A stretch of DNA of 64,000 nucleotides. It comes from Alphaproteobacteria bacterium. GTDB taxonomy: Bacteria > Pseudomonadota > Alphaproteobacteria > UBA6615. Under the pieces are notes generated by a model. It made no database searches. It was not told where the DNA came from and worked only from the letters and a program-made list of their open reading frames with translations. The position numbers and the translations under genes were made by a program. Position 1 is the stretch's first letter, and the number at the start of each line of letters is the position of its first letter. The stretch is taken from assembly GCA_965248805.1 (NCBI GenBank), contig CBDFKJ010000006.1, positions 330,978 to 394,977 on the forward strand, read 5' to 3'. This document shows, piece by piece, positions 41,314 to 50,955 of the stretch.

Positions 41314-43701
41314 ATGGCACAGACCGTCGCCGCGCTGGTAACGGAACTGTCTGCGAACCATGCGGAGTTCCGGCGCGACATGGGCAAGGCCGCCGATGCC
41401 GTCAACTCATCGCGAGCGCGCATCAACCGCGAACTGGGCAAGATCGACAGGGGCTTCGGGCGACTGCGGAAGTCGGTCGGCCGGTCGATCAAATCGGCGC
41501 TCAGCTTCCGTGCCATCGTCGCCGCGGCGGCCGGGTCGGCCGGCTTGGGACTGTTGATCAAGAGTTCCCTGGATGCCGCCGACAGTATCGCCAAGATCGC
41601 CGACAAGGCGGGCGTCTCGACCGACTTCCTGCAGGAACTCCGCTTTGCCGGTTCGCAGACCGGCGTCGCCGGGCGCGATATCGACGATGCGTTCACGCGG
41701 CTGAACCGCCGGCTTGGTCTGTTCGTCACCAACGGCGGCGGCCCGGCGGCGGTCGGTTTCAAGGAACTCGGCATCAGCGCGCGCGACGCCGCCGGCGCCG
41801 TCCGCTCGACCGAGTCCGTGTTCGACGAGATCGTGGCCAAGCTGGAGACCTACGAGAACACGGCGCAGCAGGCCGCGATCGCCTCTGCGTTCTTCGGCGA
41901 GGACGCCGGACCGCGGCTGGTCAACCTGCTGTCGAAGGGCTCCGCCGGCGTTGACGAGCTGCGCCGGAAGGCCCGCGATCTCGGCATCGTGCTCGACGAG
42001 CAGCTGTTGCGGAAATCCGAGCAGGCCAACGACCAGCTCGATGCGCTCGCCAGAACCCTGAAGGCGCAAGTCTTGACGGCCGTGATCGAGAACGCCGACC
42101 AGATCAAGGATTTTGCGACGGTCCTACAGGACAAACTGCCCGGAGCGCTCAGAACAACGATAACGCTCGTCAAGGAGCTGGCCGACAATCTTGCCCTCGT
42201 CGGCCTCGTCATCGCCGGCTTTAGCGGCGCGAGTGCGGGTGCCAGGATCGGTGCAACGTTCGGACCCAAGGGCGCGCTCGTCGGCGGTGTGGCCGGCGCG
42301 GCGGCGGCCGTCGGCAGCACGTTTCTCGCGATGGAGTACCTCAAGAGCCTCACGGACGCGGCCGAAGAAAATATCGACGTAAGGGTCGCCGAGATCCAGG
42401 CCAAGATCGCCAAGCTGGACAGAGTCTCCGGTGTCGCGAGGGCCAACGCTCAGGGGCAAATCAAGAATCTGAACGCGGAACTGGAAACCCTAAAGGCCGC
42501 GAAGGAAGAGCTTTCCGAGCGCGCAGTTTTGCAGCCTGGAGGCGGCACGCCGACGCTGGCCGCGATCACCGCGACCCCGGCAACGGACCCCGGCGGGAAC
42601 GTCATCAAGGGCCTGCGGTTTGAATTGGAGCAGCTCCATCGGACGAGTCAGGAACGCGAGCTGTACAACCGGTTGCGGCAGGCGGGCGTCGCCATCGGTA
42701 CCGAGGAAGGGAGACAGATCAAGGAACTGGTCAGCGACCTCCAGGCGAAAAAGGCCGCCGATCAGCTGGCCGCCGAAGCGACAAGGGATCATCAAGCCGC
42801 CATCCAGGAGACCAAGCGCGAGATCGAGTCTCTGGTCGACGCGACACGCACCCCCCTCGAACGTTTCCACAAATCCTTCCTGGATCTCACCAAACTCGCC
42901 GGCGAGTCGCCGGACGTGTGGAAAGCGGCCGGCCGCGCCATGTCTCAGGCAGCGAAAGAGGCGGCCGAATGGGACAAGGAGATCGCGGCCGGCGGCGACG
43001 ACTTGCAGAAGTTCAACGCCGAGATCGAGCGCCTCAACGACCTGGTCATGCGCGGCAGGATCAGCTGGGACGATTACCGCCGCAGCCTCCGGCGGGCGCA
43101 AGACCACTTCGATGAAGCCGCCGAACGGTCGCGCGAGCTCAAGCGGCTATCGGAGGAACTCGGCAACACCCTTGGCGGCGCGTTCGAGGACGCGATCCTG
43201 TCGGGCCGAAAGCTCGGCGAGGTGCTGCGGTCTCTGGCCCAAGACATCATGGGCCTGATCATCCGAAGCCAGATCACCGCGCCGTTGTCCGACGGCCTCG
43301 GCGACGCTCTGGGAGGCGTGCTGCGCGCAATTCTTGGTGGTTCGACGCCGGCGCTCCCGGCGGGTTCGCCGACGATACCTGTGAAAATCGAGCGGCTGCC
43401 GCCGATCGGCCCGCGAGCCCGAGGCGGGCCGGTTCAGGCGAACAACCTCTATCTCGTCGGTGAAGAGGGGAAGGAGCTGTTCGAGCCTCGAACGGCGGGC
43501 CGGGTCGTCCCGAATTCCGAGCTCGGCGCCGGCTCGATAGATGTCGATATCAATTTCGTCAATCAGGGTACGCCGAAGCGCGAGGTCGACCGCGATGTGC
43601 GCTTCGACGGCGAGCGCTGGGTGCTCTCCCTGGTCGCCGACGATATCGAGACCAACGGCAAGGTCGCCAAGGCAATCGACGCCCGCCAGATGGCGTTCTG
43701 A
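41314..43701 (+). CDS. Tail tape measure protein
   Basis: 795 aa, helical/coiled, at the canonical position. Confidence 0.85.
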   Translation: MAQTVAALVTELSANHAEFRRDMGKAADAVNSSRARINRELGKIDRGFGRLRKSVGRSIKSALSFRAIVAAAAGSAGLGLLIKSSLDAADSIAKIADKAGVSTDFLQELRFAGSQTGVAGRDIDDAFTRLNRRLGLFVTNGGGPAAVGFKELGISARDAAGAVRSTESVFDEIVAKLETYENTAQQAAIASAFFGEDAGPRLVNLLSKGSAGVDELRRKARDLGIVLDEQLLRKSEQANDQLDALARTLKAQVLTAVIENADQIKDFATVLQDKLPGALRTTITLVKELADNLALVGLVIAGFSGASAGARIGATFGPKGALVGGVAGAAAAVGSTFLAMEYLKSLTDAAEENIDVRVAEIQAKIAKLDRVSGVARANAQGQIKNLNAELETLKAAKEELSERAVLQPGGGTPTLAAITATPATDPGGNVIKGLRFELEQLHRTSQERELYNRLRQAGVAIGTEEGRQIKELVSDLQAKKAADQLAAEATRDHQAAIQETKREIESLVDATRTPLERFHKSFLDLTKLAGESPDVWKAAGRAMSQAAKEAAEWDKEIAAGGDDLQKFNAEIERLNDLVMRGRISWDDYRRSLRRAQDHFDEAAERSRELKRLSEELGNTLGGAFEDAILSGRKLGEVLRSLAQDIMGLIIRSQITAPLSDGLGDALGGVLRAILGGSTPALPAGSPTIPVKIERLPPIGPRARGGPVQANNLYLVGEEGKELFEPRTAGRVVPNSELGAGSIDVDINFVNQGTPKREVDRDVRFDGERWVLSLVADDIETNGKVAKAIDARQMAF

Positions 43702-44081
43702 TGGCGGCCTGGCCCGAGTATGCGGCGGTCGCGGCCGACGGCTACAGCGCCGGCCAGGACGGCGATGTCGCCCGCACGCCGTTCGCGGACGGCCTGGTGC
43801 GCCAGGAGAAGCGATTCACCGCGGCGCTCAGCGTGCGCCGTCTCACCGCCTATCTGGCCGACGACGATGCATATGTGCGCTTTCGCACCTGGGCCACCGA
43901 GGACGCTCACCGCTGGTTCGCCTGGGCCGACCCCGAAGACGGTCTGGTGCGCGAGGTGCGGGTGCGCGGCGGCGCCGGCGGCATCCAATACCAGGCGCTC
44001 GGCACCGGCAGTCGCCGGCGTTGGGTCCTGACTTGCGAGCTGGAGGGCTACATGAGCCGAACCATAGAGACGGGAGTCTGA
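43701..44081 (+). CDS. Minor tail protein (gpM position)
   Basis: 126 aa. Its start overlaps the tape-measure stop. Confidence 0.5.
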   Translation: MAAWPEYAAVAADGYSAGQDGDVARTPFADGLVRQEKRFTAALSVRRLTAYLADDDAYVRFRTWATEDAHRWFAWADPEDGLVREVRVRGGAGGIQYQALGTGSRRRWVLTCELEGYMSRTIETGV

Positions 44082-44083
44082 TC

Positions 44084-44461
44084 ATGGGACTAAAGACCGA
44101 AGGCGAGAAACTGTGTTTCCAGGGCGGGCTGTTGTCGGCCACGGTGCATGTGGCCTTGCACACCGCCGACCCGGCGGCCGCCAACGAACTCAGCGGCAAC
44201 AACTACGCCCGCGTCGCCGTGAATGCCGCGGATTGGACCATCAATGCGGGAAACGGGAGAGCCTCGAACACGAACGACATCCGGTTCCCCACGCGCACGG
44301 CTACCTGGAGCAAGCCGACGCATGTCGGCCTGTGGGACGCCGCCACGGGCGGCGACTTGCTGCTGTCCCTCGCCCTCGATGAGGCCGTGCCGGCGCCTTC
44401 ACCTTCGATCGACGTGGCCTTCGACGCCGGCACGCTCATCTTCAATTTGAAGACCGACTAA
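44084..44461 (+). CDS. Hypothetical tail-module protein (125 aa)
   Basis: MGLKTEGEKLCFQGGLLSATVHVALHTADPAAANELSGNNYARVAV... ATG at 44084. Confidence 0.5.
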   Translation: MGLKTEGEKLCFQGGLLSATVHVALHTADPAAANELSGNNYARVAVNAADWTINAGNGRASNTNDIRFPTRTATWSKPTHVGLWDAATGGDLLLSLALDEAVPAPSPSIDVAFDAGTLIFNLKTD

Positions 44462-44467
44462 CCGCGG

Positions 44468-45805
44468 ATGCCGGTTCGCCGTCTACGTCTGGCCGCTACC
44501 TTCACCGGCGGCCGACTCAAAGGCAGCGCACCGCTTCGGCTTCGGCGCCGCCTGCCTCTGGCCGCTACCTTCAGAGGCGCGGCGCTGGCAGGCAGTGCCC
44601 CGCTTCGGCTGCGGCGCCGTCTACGTCTGGCCGCTACCTTCAAAGGCGGCCGACTCAGAGGCAGCGCACCGCTGCGGCTGCGATTGCCTCTCGCCGCTAC
44701 CTTCACCGGCGCGGCGCTGGCAGGCAGTGCCCCGCTTCGGCTGCGGCGCCGTCTACGTCTCGCCGCCACCTTCAGAGGCGCGGCGCTGGCAGGCAGAGCC
44801 CCGCTGCGGCTGCGGCGCCGCCTGCCTCTGGCCGCTACCTTCAGAGGCGCGGTACTGGCCGGCAGAGCCCCGCTTCGGCTTCGGCGCCGTCTACGTCTGG
44901 CCGCTATCTTCAAAGGCGGTCGGCTCAGAGGCAGAGCCCCGCTGCGGCTGCGATTGCGTCTTGCAGCTACCTTCACCGACGCGGCGCTGGCAGGCAGTGC
45001 CCCGCTTCGGCTGCGGCGCCGTCTACGTCTCGCCGCCACCTTCAGAGGCGCGGCGCTGGCAGGCAGAGCCCCGCTGCGGCTGCGGCGCCGCCTGCCTCTG
45101 GCCGCTACCTTCAGAGGCGCGGTACTGGCCGGCAGAGCCCCGCTTCGGCTTCGGCGCCGTCTACGTCTGGCCGCTATCTTCAAAGGCGGTCGGCTCAGAG
45201 GCAGAGCCCCGCTGCGGCTGCGATTGCGTCTTGCAGCTACCTTCACCGACGCCGCGCTGACCGGCAGCGCCCCGCTGCGGCTGCGACTGCGTCTCGCCGC
45301 TACCTTCACCGGCGCCGCGCTGACCGGTAGCGCCCCGCTTCAGCTGCTCCTGAAGCACCGTTACGACCGCGCCTTGCGCGCCAGCTCGCCGCTCGACCGG
45401 GTGCTCACCGCGCTGGAGATCCGCCATCCCGCGATCGTCGAGCCGGTGCGTGTGGTCAACGACGCCGACGATCACACCATCGAGGGCGAACGCTACGTGC
45501 GCCTGCGCTTCGGCGCCCGGTTCGCCGACGACGTCGAGGGCCGGGAACCGCGGGCTGAGCTGGTGATCGACAATGTCGGGCGCGAGCTGACGCAATGGAT
45601 CGAGGCGGCGGGCGGCGGGGTCGGCGCCACCGTGCGCGTGATGCAGGTGGTCGACGACATGCCGGAATGGGAGATGACCATGGACGTCGCCCATATCCGC
45701 CTCGATCAGGAACGCGTGACCGCCCGGCTCGGCTTCGACCCGCTGCTCGGCCGCGCCGCCGTGACACTGCGCCACGATCCGCAAACCAGCCCAGGGCTGT
45801 TCTGA
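44468..45805 (+). CDS. DUF1833-like minor tail protein (gpL position) with a repeat-encoded N-terminal extension; true start uncertain
   Basis: The C-terminal ~150 aa (...LTALEIRHPAIVEPVRVVNDADDHTIEGERYVRLRFGARFADDVEGREPRAELVIDNVGRELTQWIEAA...) looks DUF1833-like. The N-terminal ~290 aa are (LRLAATFxGxxLxGxAPLRLR[RR])x13. Confidence 0.55.
   Translation: MPVRRLRLAATFTGGRLKGSAPLRLRRRLPLAATFRGAALAGSAPLRLRRRLRLAATFKGGRLRGSAPLRLRLPLAATFTGAALAGSAPLRLRRRLRLAATFRGAALAGRAPLRLRRRLPLAATFRGAVLAGRAPLRLRRRLRLAAIFKGGRLRGRAPLRLRLRLAATFTDAALAGSAPLRLRRRLRLAATFRGAALAGRAPLRLRRRLPLAATFRGAVLAGRAPLRLRRRLRLAAIFKGGRLRGRAPLRLRLRLAATFTDAALTGSAPLRLRLRLAATFTGAALTGSAPLQLLLKHRYDRALRASSPLDRVLTALEIRHPAIVEPVRVVNDADDHTIEGERYVRLRFGARFADDVEGREPRAELVIDNVGRELTQWIEAAGGGVGATVRVMQVVDDMPEWEMTMDVAHIRLDQERVTARLGFDPLLGRAAVTLRHDPQTSPGLF
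44483..45349 (+). repeat. Array of 13 tandem repeats of 69 or 63 bp, with a 270-bp higher-order duplication
   Basis: Unit starts: 44483, 44552, 44621, 44684, 44753, 44822, 44891, 44954, 45023, 45092, 45161, 45224, 45287. Segment 44684..44953 nearly equals 44954..45223. Confidence 0.95.
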
Positions 45806-46194
45806 TGCACTGGGCCGAAGCCTACGTCGGCCGTGCCTACGTCGAGGGCAGCTTCGACTGCGCGCACCTGGTGGCCAAGGTGCTGCGCGAGCGGTTCGGG
45901 CGTGACATCGCGCTGCCGTCCCATGCCACGGGTGTCCGCGGCCGCGACGCCCAGATCGCCGCGCTCAAGGGCACGTTCGCCGCTGAGACCGTCACGCCCA
46001 TAGAAGGCGACGGCGTTCTGATGCGCGCCGCCGGGCGCCGCCGCGGCCTCGGCCACCATATCGGCATCTGGTGCGATATCGCCGGCACACCGCACGTGCT
46101 GCACTGCCTCAAGGGCATCGGCGCCTGCCTGCACCCGCTGCGGGCACTCGGCCGCCACGGCCTCGAAACGACAGGGGTGTACCGGTGGCTCTGA
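45805..46194 (+). CDS. NlpC/P60-family tail peptidase (gpK analogue)
   Basis: ...GSFDCAHLVAKVLRERFG...HHIGIW...VLHCL (Cys-His pattern). Confidence 0.7.
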   Translation: MHWAEAYVGRAYVEGSFDCAHLVAKVLRERFGRDIALPSHATGVRGRDAQIAALKGTFAAETVTPIEGDGVLMRAAGRRRGLGHHIGIWCDIAGTPHVLHCLKGIGACLHPLRALGRHGLETTGVYRWL

Positions 46195-49100
46195 GCGCCG
46201 GCGCGCGCCGAGGCGTTGCGCCTGATCCGGGTTTCGTTGCGGCGGGGCAAAGCCCCGTTGCACGACCGGTGCATCGGCCCTGCACGGCGCTTGCACGGCA
46301 CGGCGGGATCACCGCCGATCTGTGGCCGCACCCGCTGACCGCCGAGCGCCGCGAGACCCGCATTCGCGCGCTCGCGCCCGGCGCCACGCTGGCCGATCTG
46401 GTCGCCGCCGAATGGCCCGCGGGCGAGATCGCCGCGGCCGTCAACGGCCGGCCGGTGCCGCGCGAGGCCTGGCGCGCCACGGTGCTTGCCGAAGGCGACA
46501 TCGTCACGCTCCGCGCCGCCATGCACGGCGGCGGCGATGATTCCGATCCCCTCCGCACGATGCTCCAGCTCGCCATCGTGGTGGCCTCGATCGCACTCCC
46601 CCATCTGGCGCCGGCGGGCTGGGGGCTTGTGACCGCGGCCGGCGGGCTCACCCTCAAGGGCGCGCTCATCAGCGGCGCCATCAGCCTCGTCGGCGGCCTG
46701 ATCGTCAATGCCCTCGCTCCGCCGCGCCTGCCCAGGGCGCCCGACGCCGGCACCGCCGCGGCGGCGGCCGAACCGGTCTACTCGCTCGCCGGCGGCGCCA
46801 ACCGGGCGCGCCTCTACGGTCCGCTGCTCCTGGTGCTCGGCACCCACCGCGTCTTTCCCGACTTGGGCGCCGCCGAATACACCGAGTTCGCCGGCGACGA
46901 CCAGTACCTGCTCCAGATCTTCCACTTCGGCCTCGGCGCGCTCGACATCGGCGGGCTCAGGATCGGCGACACGCCGCTCGGCAACTTCGATGAGGTGGAG
47001 ACCGAGTTCGGCGATGCGCAGGGACGGGTGACGCTGGTCGCCGGCAATGTCGACAGCGAAGCCGGCGCCGCGCTCGACGACACCGACTGGATCGAGCGCA
47101 CCACCGCCGCGGATACCAAGCGGATCGGCATCGACCTCGCCGGGACGCTGTTCCGGGTCTCCGATCAGGGCGGCGCTACGCGCCACACCGTCACCGTCGA
47201 GATCGAGTACTGGCCGCAAGGCAACGAGAGCCTGAAGACAAGCCACACCGTCACCCTGTCGAACGGCGACACCACGCCCTATCGCAAGACGCTCGCCTAT
47301 GGTCTTGCCGCGGCCGGCACCTGGACCGTGCGCGTGCGCCGCACGAGCGCGCCCTCATCGAACGAGCGCATCCACGAAGCCATCACCTGGACGGCGCTCA
47401 GGTCCTACCAGCCCGACACCGGCGACTATGCCGGTCAGACCCGGTTGGCGCTGAAGATCCGCGCCTCGGGCCAGCTCTCGGGCCGGCTCGATCGGCTGTC
47501 GGCGACGGTCGGGCAGAAGATCCCGGTCTGGGACGGAACCCAATGGAGCGCGCCGCAGGTCTCCGGCAATCCCGCCTGGCTGTTCCGCTGGTATGCCCGC
47601 GGCATCCATATCGCAGGCAAGCCGGTCGCCGGCGCCGGTCTCGCCGAAACCCGCATCGACGACGAGACCATCAAGGCCTGGGGCGCCTGGTGCGACGCGC
47701 AGGGACTGCGCTGCGACTACGTCATCGACCGCCGGACCACCCATGCCGAGGTGCTGACGCTGATCGCCCAGTGCGGGCGCGCCAATCCGAGTTGGCAGAG
47801 CGGCCGCCTCGGCGTGGTGTGGGATGAGGCGGACAAGCCCGCGACCGCCCTGATCACGCCCGGCAACATCGTCGCCGGGAGCTTCGAGATCGACTACGCC
47901 GGCGGCCAGACGGCCGGCGAGATCGCCTGCCGCTACATCGACCCCGATCTCGATTGGCAATACAACACCGTGCGCCGGGCGGTCCCCCGAGCCGCGCCCG
48001 GTGGCCATACCGCGACCCTGACGCTGGCCGGCGTCACCTCGCGCAGCCAGGCCGCGGCCGAATGCAACCTCCAGGCCGCCCGCCAGCTCTACCACCGCCG
48101 CCGTCTCAAGTGGGAGATGGGCGCCGAGGGCCTGGCCGTCGCCCGCGGCGATGTCGTTCACCTGACCGACGCCCTGATCGACGGCGGCGTCTCCGGGCGG
48201 CTCCACGGCGGCACTGCAGACCGCCTCCGGCTCAATCGGCCCGTCACCCTCTCCGGCGCCGACGACTACCTGCTATTGCGCCTGCCCGACGGCACACTCC
48301 ACAATACCGCCGTCAACCACCCCGACGGCGCCGGCGGCGCCGGCGAGACCGATACCCTGGTGCTCGCCGAACCGTTGCCGGACGCGCCCGATACCCTCGG
48401 CGCCCTCGGCGCCAGCCCGCTCGATACGCTGTGGCGGTTCTACCCCGGCGACGCGCCGCCGGCTCGGGTGCGCATCGTCGCCATGGAGCCCACCGCCGAG
48501 GGTCGCGTGCGCATCGAGGCCATCGACGAGGTCGAGGCCTATTACCGCGCCGCCACGAGCGATCTGACGGTGCCGTTGCCGATGGTCGGGCACCGCCCGC
48601 CCCGGGTGCTGCACATCGCGCTCTCCGAGACCCTGATCCGCATCAGCAACGGCTTTGCCGTCGAGGTCGCCGCCAGCCTCACCGTCGCCGGCGACTGGCG
48701 CGGCGGCATCGTCCGCGCAGCGCTCGACGGCGGCCCGTTGCAGACAGTGGACAGGCTGATCGACGGCGCCACCGAAGCCTCGTGGCGCGTGCCGCCGTCG
48801 GGCAGGCTCACGATCACCGTCATTCCCGGCACCGAGGCAGCGCCCGCCGGCGCGCCGTTCACCGTCGATTACACTATCCGCGGCAAGCTGGCGCCGCCGG
48901 GCAATGTCGCCGACTTCCTGGTCGATGCCCTGGGTGACGGCACACGGCGCTTCCGCTGGACCCCGCCGGCCGATCCCGATCTCGCCGGCTACCGCATCCG
49001 CCATGCCGAGGCGGTCGTCGGTGCAGCGGCGCCCACCTGGGACGCCATGACGCCGCTGCATAACGGGTTGCTCACCTCGTCGCCCCACGAGACCGTCGAT

Positions 49101-49892
49101 CCCGGCGCCGGCCGCTGGACCTTCGCCATCCGCGCCGAGGACACCTCGGGCCTGCTCTCGGCCGCGGCCGCCGTCATCATCGCCGAGCTGCCCGATCCCC
49201 GCCTCGGCGACGCCTTTCTGTGGGAATGCCCTTCCGCCCGAGGCTGGCCCGGCACGATCGAGAGCGCCGTGCGCTCCGACGACGGCCGGGACGCGCTGGA
49301 GGGCGCCGGCGCCTACACCTGGGCCGACCTCGCCACCTGGAACGCCTGGACCTCGTGGGCGCTTGGCGACGGCGACGACGGCGCCACCGCCATGACCTAC
49401 ACCACCGAGCCCATCGACATCGGCGCCGAGGTACCGTTCTCGATCGCCTGGGAGGCCGAGACGGCCGGAAACGTGACGCTGCAGTACCGCACCGCCGACA
49501 CCGCTTCCGGGCTGGCCACCGCCACCTGGCAGGATAACGCGGCGGCCATGCTCATAACCGCGCGCCACCTGCAGCTGCGCTGGCAACTGACCGGCGACGG
49601 CGCCACCATGCTTAGCCTCGACCACCTCTGCTACACCCTGCTCGGCACCGCCGCCGAGCAGAAGTTCCTCGACGCCGATACCAGCGACTGGAGCGGTTCG
49701 GCGAGCGGCGGGCGCGAGGTGCCGACCACGCTCGCGCGCGTCACCGATATCGACCTCACCCTGCAATCGGTCGGCGCCGGCTGGTCGTGGGTGCTCGACA
49801 ACAAGAACGATCCCACCCGCATCAAGATCTTCGACGGCAGCGGCAATGCCGCCGACGCCACCGTCGACGCCGTCCTGCACGGCATCGCCTGA
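46185..49892 (+). CDS. Host-specificity / tail-tip protein (gpJ/TipJ-like) with an N-terminal gpI-like segment
   Basis: About 1236 aa from the GTG at 46185 (start uncertain). The N-terminal ubiquitin-like plus hydrophobic region (IVTLRAAMHGGG...LQLAIVVASIALP...ISLVGGLIVNALAPP) is followed by a large J-like body. Confidence 0.75.
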   Translation: MALSAGARRGVAPDPGFVAAGQSPVARPVHRPCTALARHGGITADLWPHPLTAERRETRIRALAPGATLADLVAAEWPAGEIAAAVNGRPVPREAWRATVLAEGDIVTLRAAMHGGGDDSDPLRTMLQLAIVVASIALPHLAPAGWGLVTAAGGLTLKGALISGAISLVGGLIVNALAPPRLPRAPDAGTAAAAAEPVYSLAGGANRARLYGPLLLVLGTHRVFPDLGAAEYTEFAGDDQYLLQIFHFGLGALDIGGLRIGDTPLGNFDEVETEFGDAQGRVTLVAGNVDSEAGAALDDTDWIERTTAADTKRIGIDLAGTLFRVSDQGGATRHTVTVEIEYWPQGNESLKTSHTVTLSNGDTTPYRKTLAYGLAAAGTWTVRVRRTSAPSSNERIHEAITWTALRSYQPDTGDYAGQTRLALKIRASGQLSGRLDRLSATVGQKIPVWDGTQWSAPQVSGNPAWLFRWYARGIHIAGKPVAGAGLAETRIDDETIKAWGAWCDAQGLRCDYVIDRRTTHAEVLTLIAQCGRANPSWQSGRLGVVWDEADKPATALITPGNIVAGSFEIDYAGGQTAGEIACRYIDPDLDWQYNTVRRAVPRAAPGGHTATLTLAGVTSRSQAAAECNLQAARQLYHRRRLKWEMGAEGLAVARGDVVHLTDALIDGGVSGRLHGGTADRLRLNRPVTLSGADDYLLLRLPDGTLHNTAVNHPDGAGGAGETDTLVLAEPLPDAPDTLGALGASPLDTLWRFYPGDAPPARVRIVAMEPTAEGRVRIEAIDEVEAYYRAATSDLTVPLPMVGHRPPRVLHIALSETLIRISNGFAVEVAASLTVAGDWRGGIVRAALDGGPLQTVDRLIDGATEASWRVPPSGRLTITVIPGTEAAPAGAPFTVDYTIRGKLAPPGNVADFLVDALGDGTRRFRWTPPADPDLAGYRIRHAEAVVGAAAPTWDAMTPLHNGLLTSSPHETVDPGAGRWTFAIRAEDTSGLLSAAAAVIIAELPDPRLGDAFLWECPSARGWPGTIESAVRSDDGRDALEGAGAYTWADLATWNAWTSWALGDGDDGATAMTYTTEPIDIGAEVPFSIAWEAETAGNVTLQYRTADTASGLATATWQDNAAAMLITARHLQLRWQLTGDGATMLSLDHLCYTLLGTAAEQKFLDADTSDWSGSASGGREVPTTLARVTDIDLTLQSVGAGWSWVLDNKNDPTRIKIFDGSGNAADATVDAVLHGIA

Positions 49893-49917
49893 CGCTCAAA
49901 CGAAGGAGAGAGGCTCC

Positions 49918-50571
49918 ATGGCCTGGCCCACCGACGACCTCGCCACCGACCACTTCGATGCCGGCACCGACAGCCCGGCCGACGCCCGGCCCGTGATCAA
50001 GAAGGCAATCGACTACCTCAAGGCGATTATGGCGGCGCTGGGTGTCGCAGGCGGCATGTGCGAGCTCAACGCCAACGCCAAGGTGCCCGACGGCCGCATC
50101 GGCCGCGGCGCCGCAGACGGCGTCGCGCCCCTCGACGCAAACGCCAAGGTGCCCGCCACCCACCTGCCGGACGCCACCACCGACGCCGCCGGCGCCCTCA
50201 GCCTCGCAACCGATGCCGAGGCCGAGAACGCCTCCGGGCCCGGCGTCCTCCAGGCCCGCCAGATCGCTCTGCGCACCGCGACCACAGGCCGGGCCGGCGC
50301 CGCCGAGCTTGCCACGACCGCGGAAGCGCTCTCCGGACAAGACCAGACGCGCGCCATGACGCCCTCCGCCACCAAGGCGGCCATCGACGCCGCCATCGCC
50401 GCCGTGCCCGGCGGTATTACAAGCGTCCGTGTCGCGAACACGACCGGCCCCAACCAGGGACAAGGCACCGTTCTTGATAGAGAGACATACGCGCTCCAAA
50501 CAAGCGTCAGTAGCGGGATCGTCACCGTCACCTTGGTCAAGACCAATCACTATGTGGACGACGATCCCTGA
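49918..50571 (+). CDS. Tail fibre-like protein
   Basis: AAGGAGAGAGG RBS. Repeated fibre-type motifs (LATDAEAENASGPGVLQARQIA, LATTAEALSGQDQTRAMTPSATKAAIDAA). Confidence 0.65.
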   Translation: MAWPTDDLATDHFDAGTDSPADARPVIKKAIDYLKAIMAALGVAGGMCELNANAKVPDGRIGRGAADGVAPLDANAKVPATHLPDATTDAAGALSLATDAEAENASGPGVLQARQIALRTATTGRAGAAELATTAEALSGQDQTRAMTPSATKAAIDAAIAAVPGGITSVRVANTTGPNQGQGTVLDRETYALQTSVSSGIVTVTLVKTNHYVDDDP

Positions 50572-50590
50572 TATTTCGGAGGGCATTGGC

Positions 50591-50615
50591 AACTTTCCGA
50601 TATTTTCGGAAAGTT
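50591..50615 (+). terminator. Perfect AT-rich hairpin just after the last structural gene
   Basis: AACTTTCCGA (50591..50600), loop tattt, then TCGGAAAGTT (50606..50615). An A-run rather than a T-run follows. Confidence 0.3.
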
Positions 50616-50654
50616 CAAAAAACTCTTCCGGAATTATAAGTTATGGGCTTGACG

Positions 50655-50689
50655 AAGACTTTTGTCCCGATTCTGAAAGACTTTTGTCC
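50655..50689 (+). promoter_or_regulatory. Two direct copies of AAGACTTTTGTCC (candidate arm-type sites, attR side)
   Basis: Copies at 50655..50667 and 50677..50689, 22 bp apart. The reverse complement GGACAAAAGTCTT shares GGACA with the attL-side repeat. Confidence 0.35.
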
Positions 50690-50955
50690 GCTTACATCCG
50701 GGGAAGCAAAATCCCACCGGGGCGCTGCAGCGCTCGACGCTGAGGCGCAGGGTCAACCGCGAGGAGCAGGGGGGGCACGGTGCCGGCCGAGTTCCGGTGC
50801 TGGGTGTGGCGGGCGTAGCGTTTTCTCGGTCGGTTCTCCGCGACCGTCGGTGGATTCGGGGCGAATCGGTGGGACGCTCGCCGCCGGAAACCTAAGGATT
50901 GTATAGAACTACAGGCTGCCCCACTTTCCGCTAACCGATTGATATCTATGACTCG

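Noticed and set aside
44458-45309. 283-aa minus-strand ORF and 221-aa alternative plus-frame ORF (44595..45260) across the tandem-repeat array
   Set aside because: These frames are open only because the repeat unit lacks stops in them. Neither connects to a recognisable domain or start context. They are noted as a caveat under the repeat finding rather than called as genes.
44483-45349. Possible CRISPR array
   Set aside because: The units are contiguous with no unique spacers between them, the unit length is 63/69 bp, and no cas genes are nearby. This is a simple tandem repeat.
50572-50955. tRNA or tmRNA fragment as the prophage integration target. The regions 835..1140, 8918..9010 and 9900..10008 were also checked.
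   Set aside because: No T-arm-like GGTTCRANYC flanked by complementary stems, and no cloverleaf, could be found by eye. This should be confirmed with tRNAscan-SE or ARAGORN.
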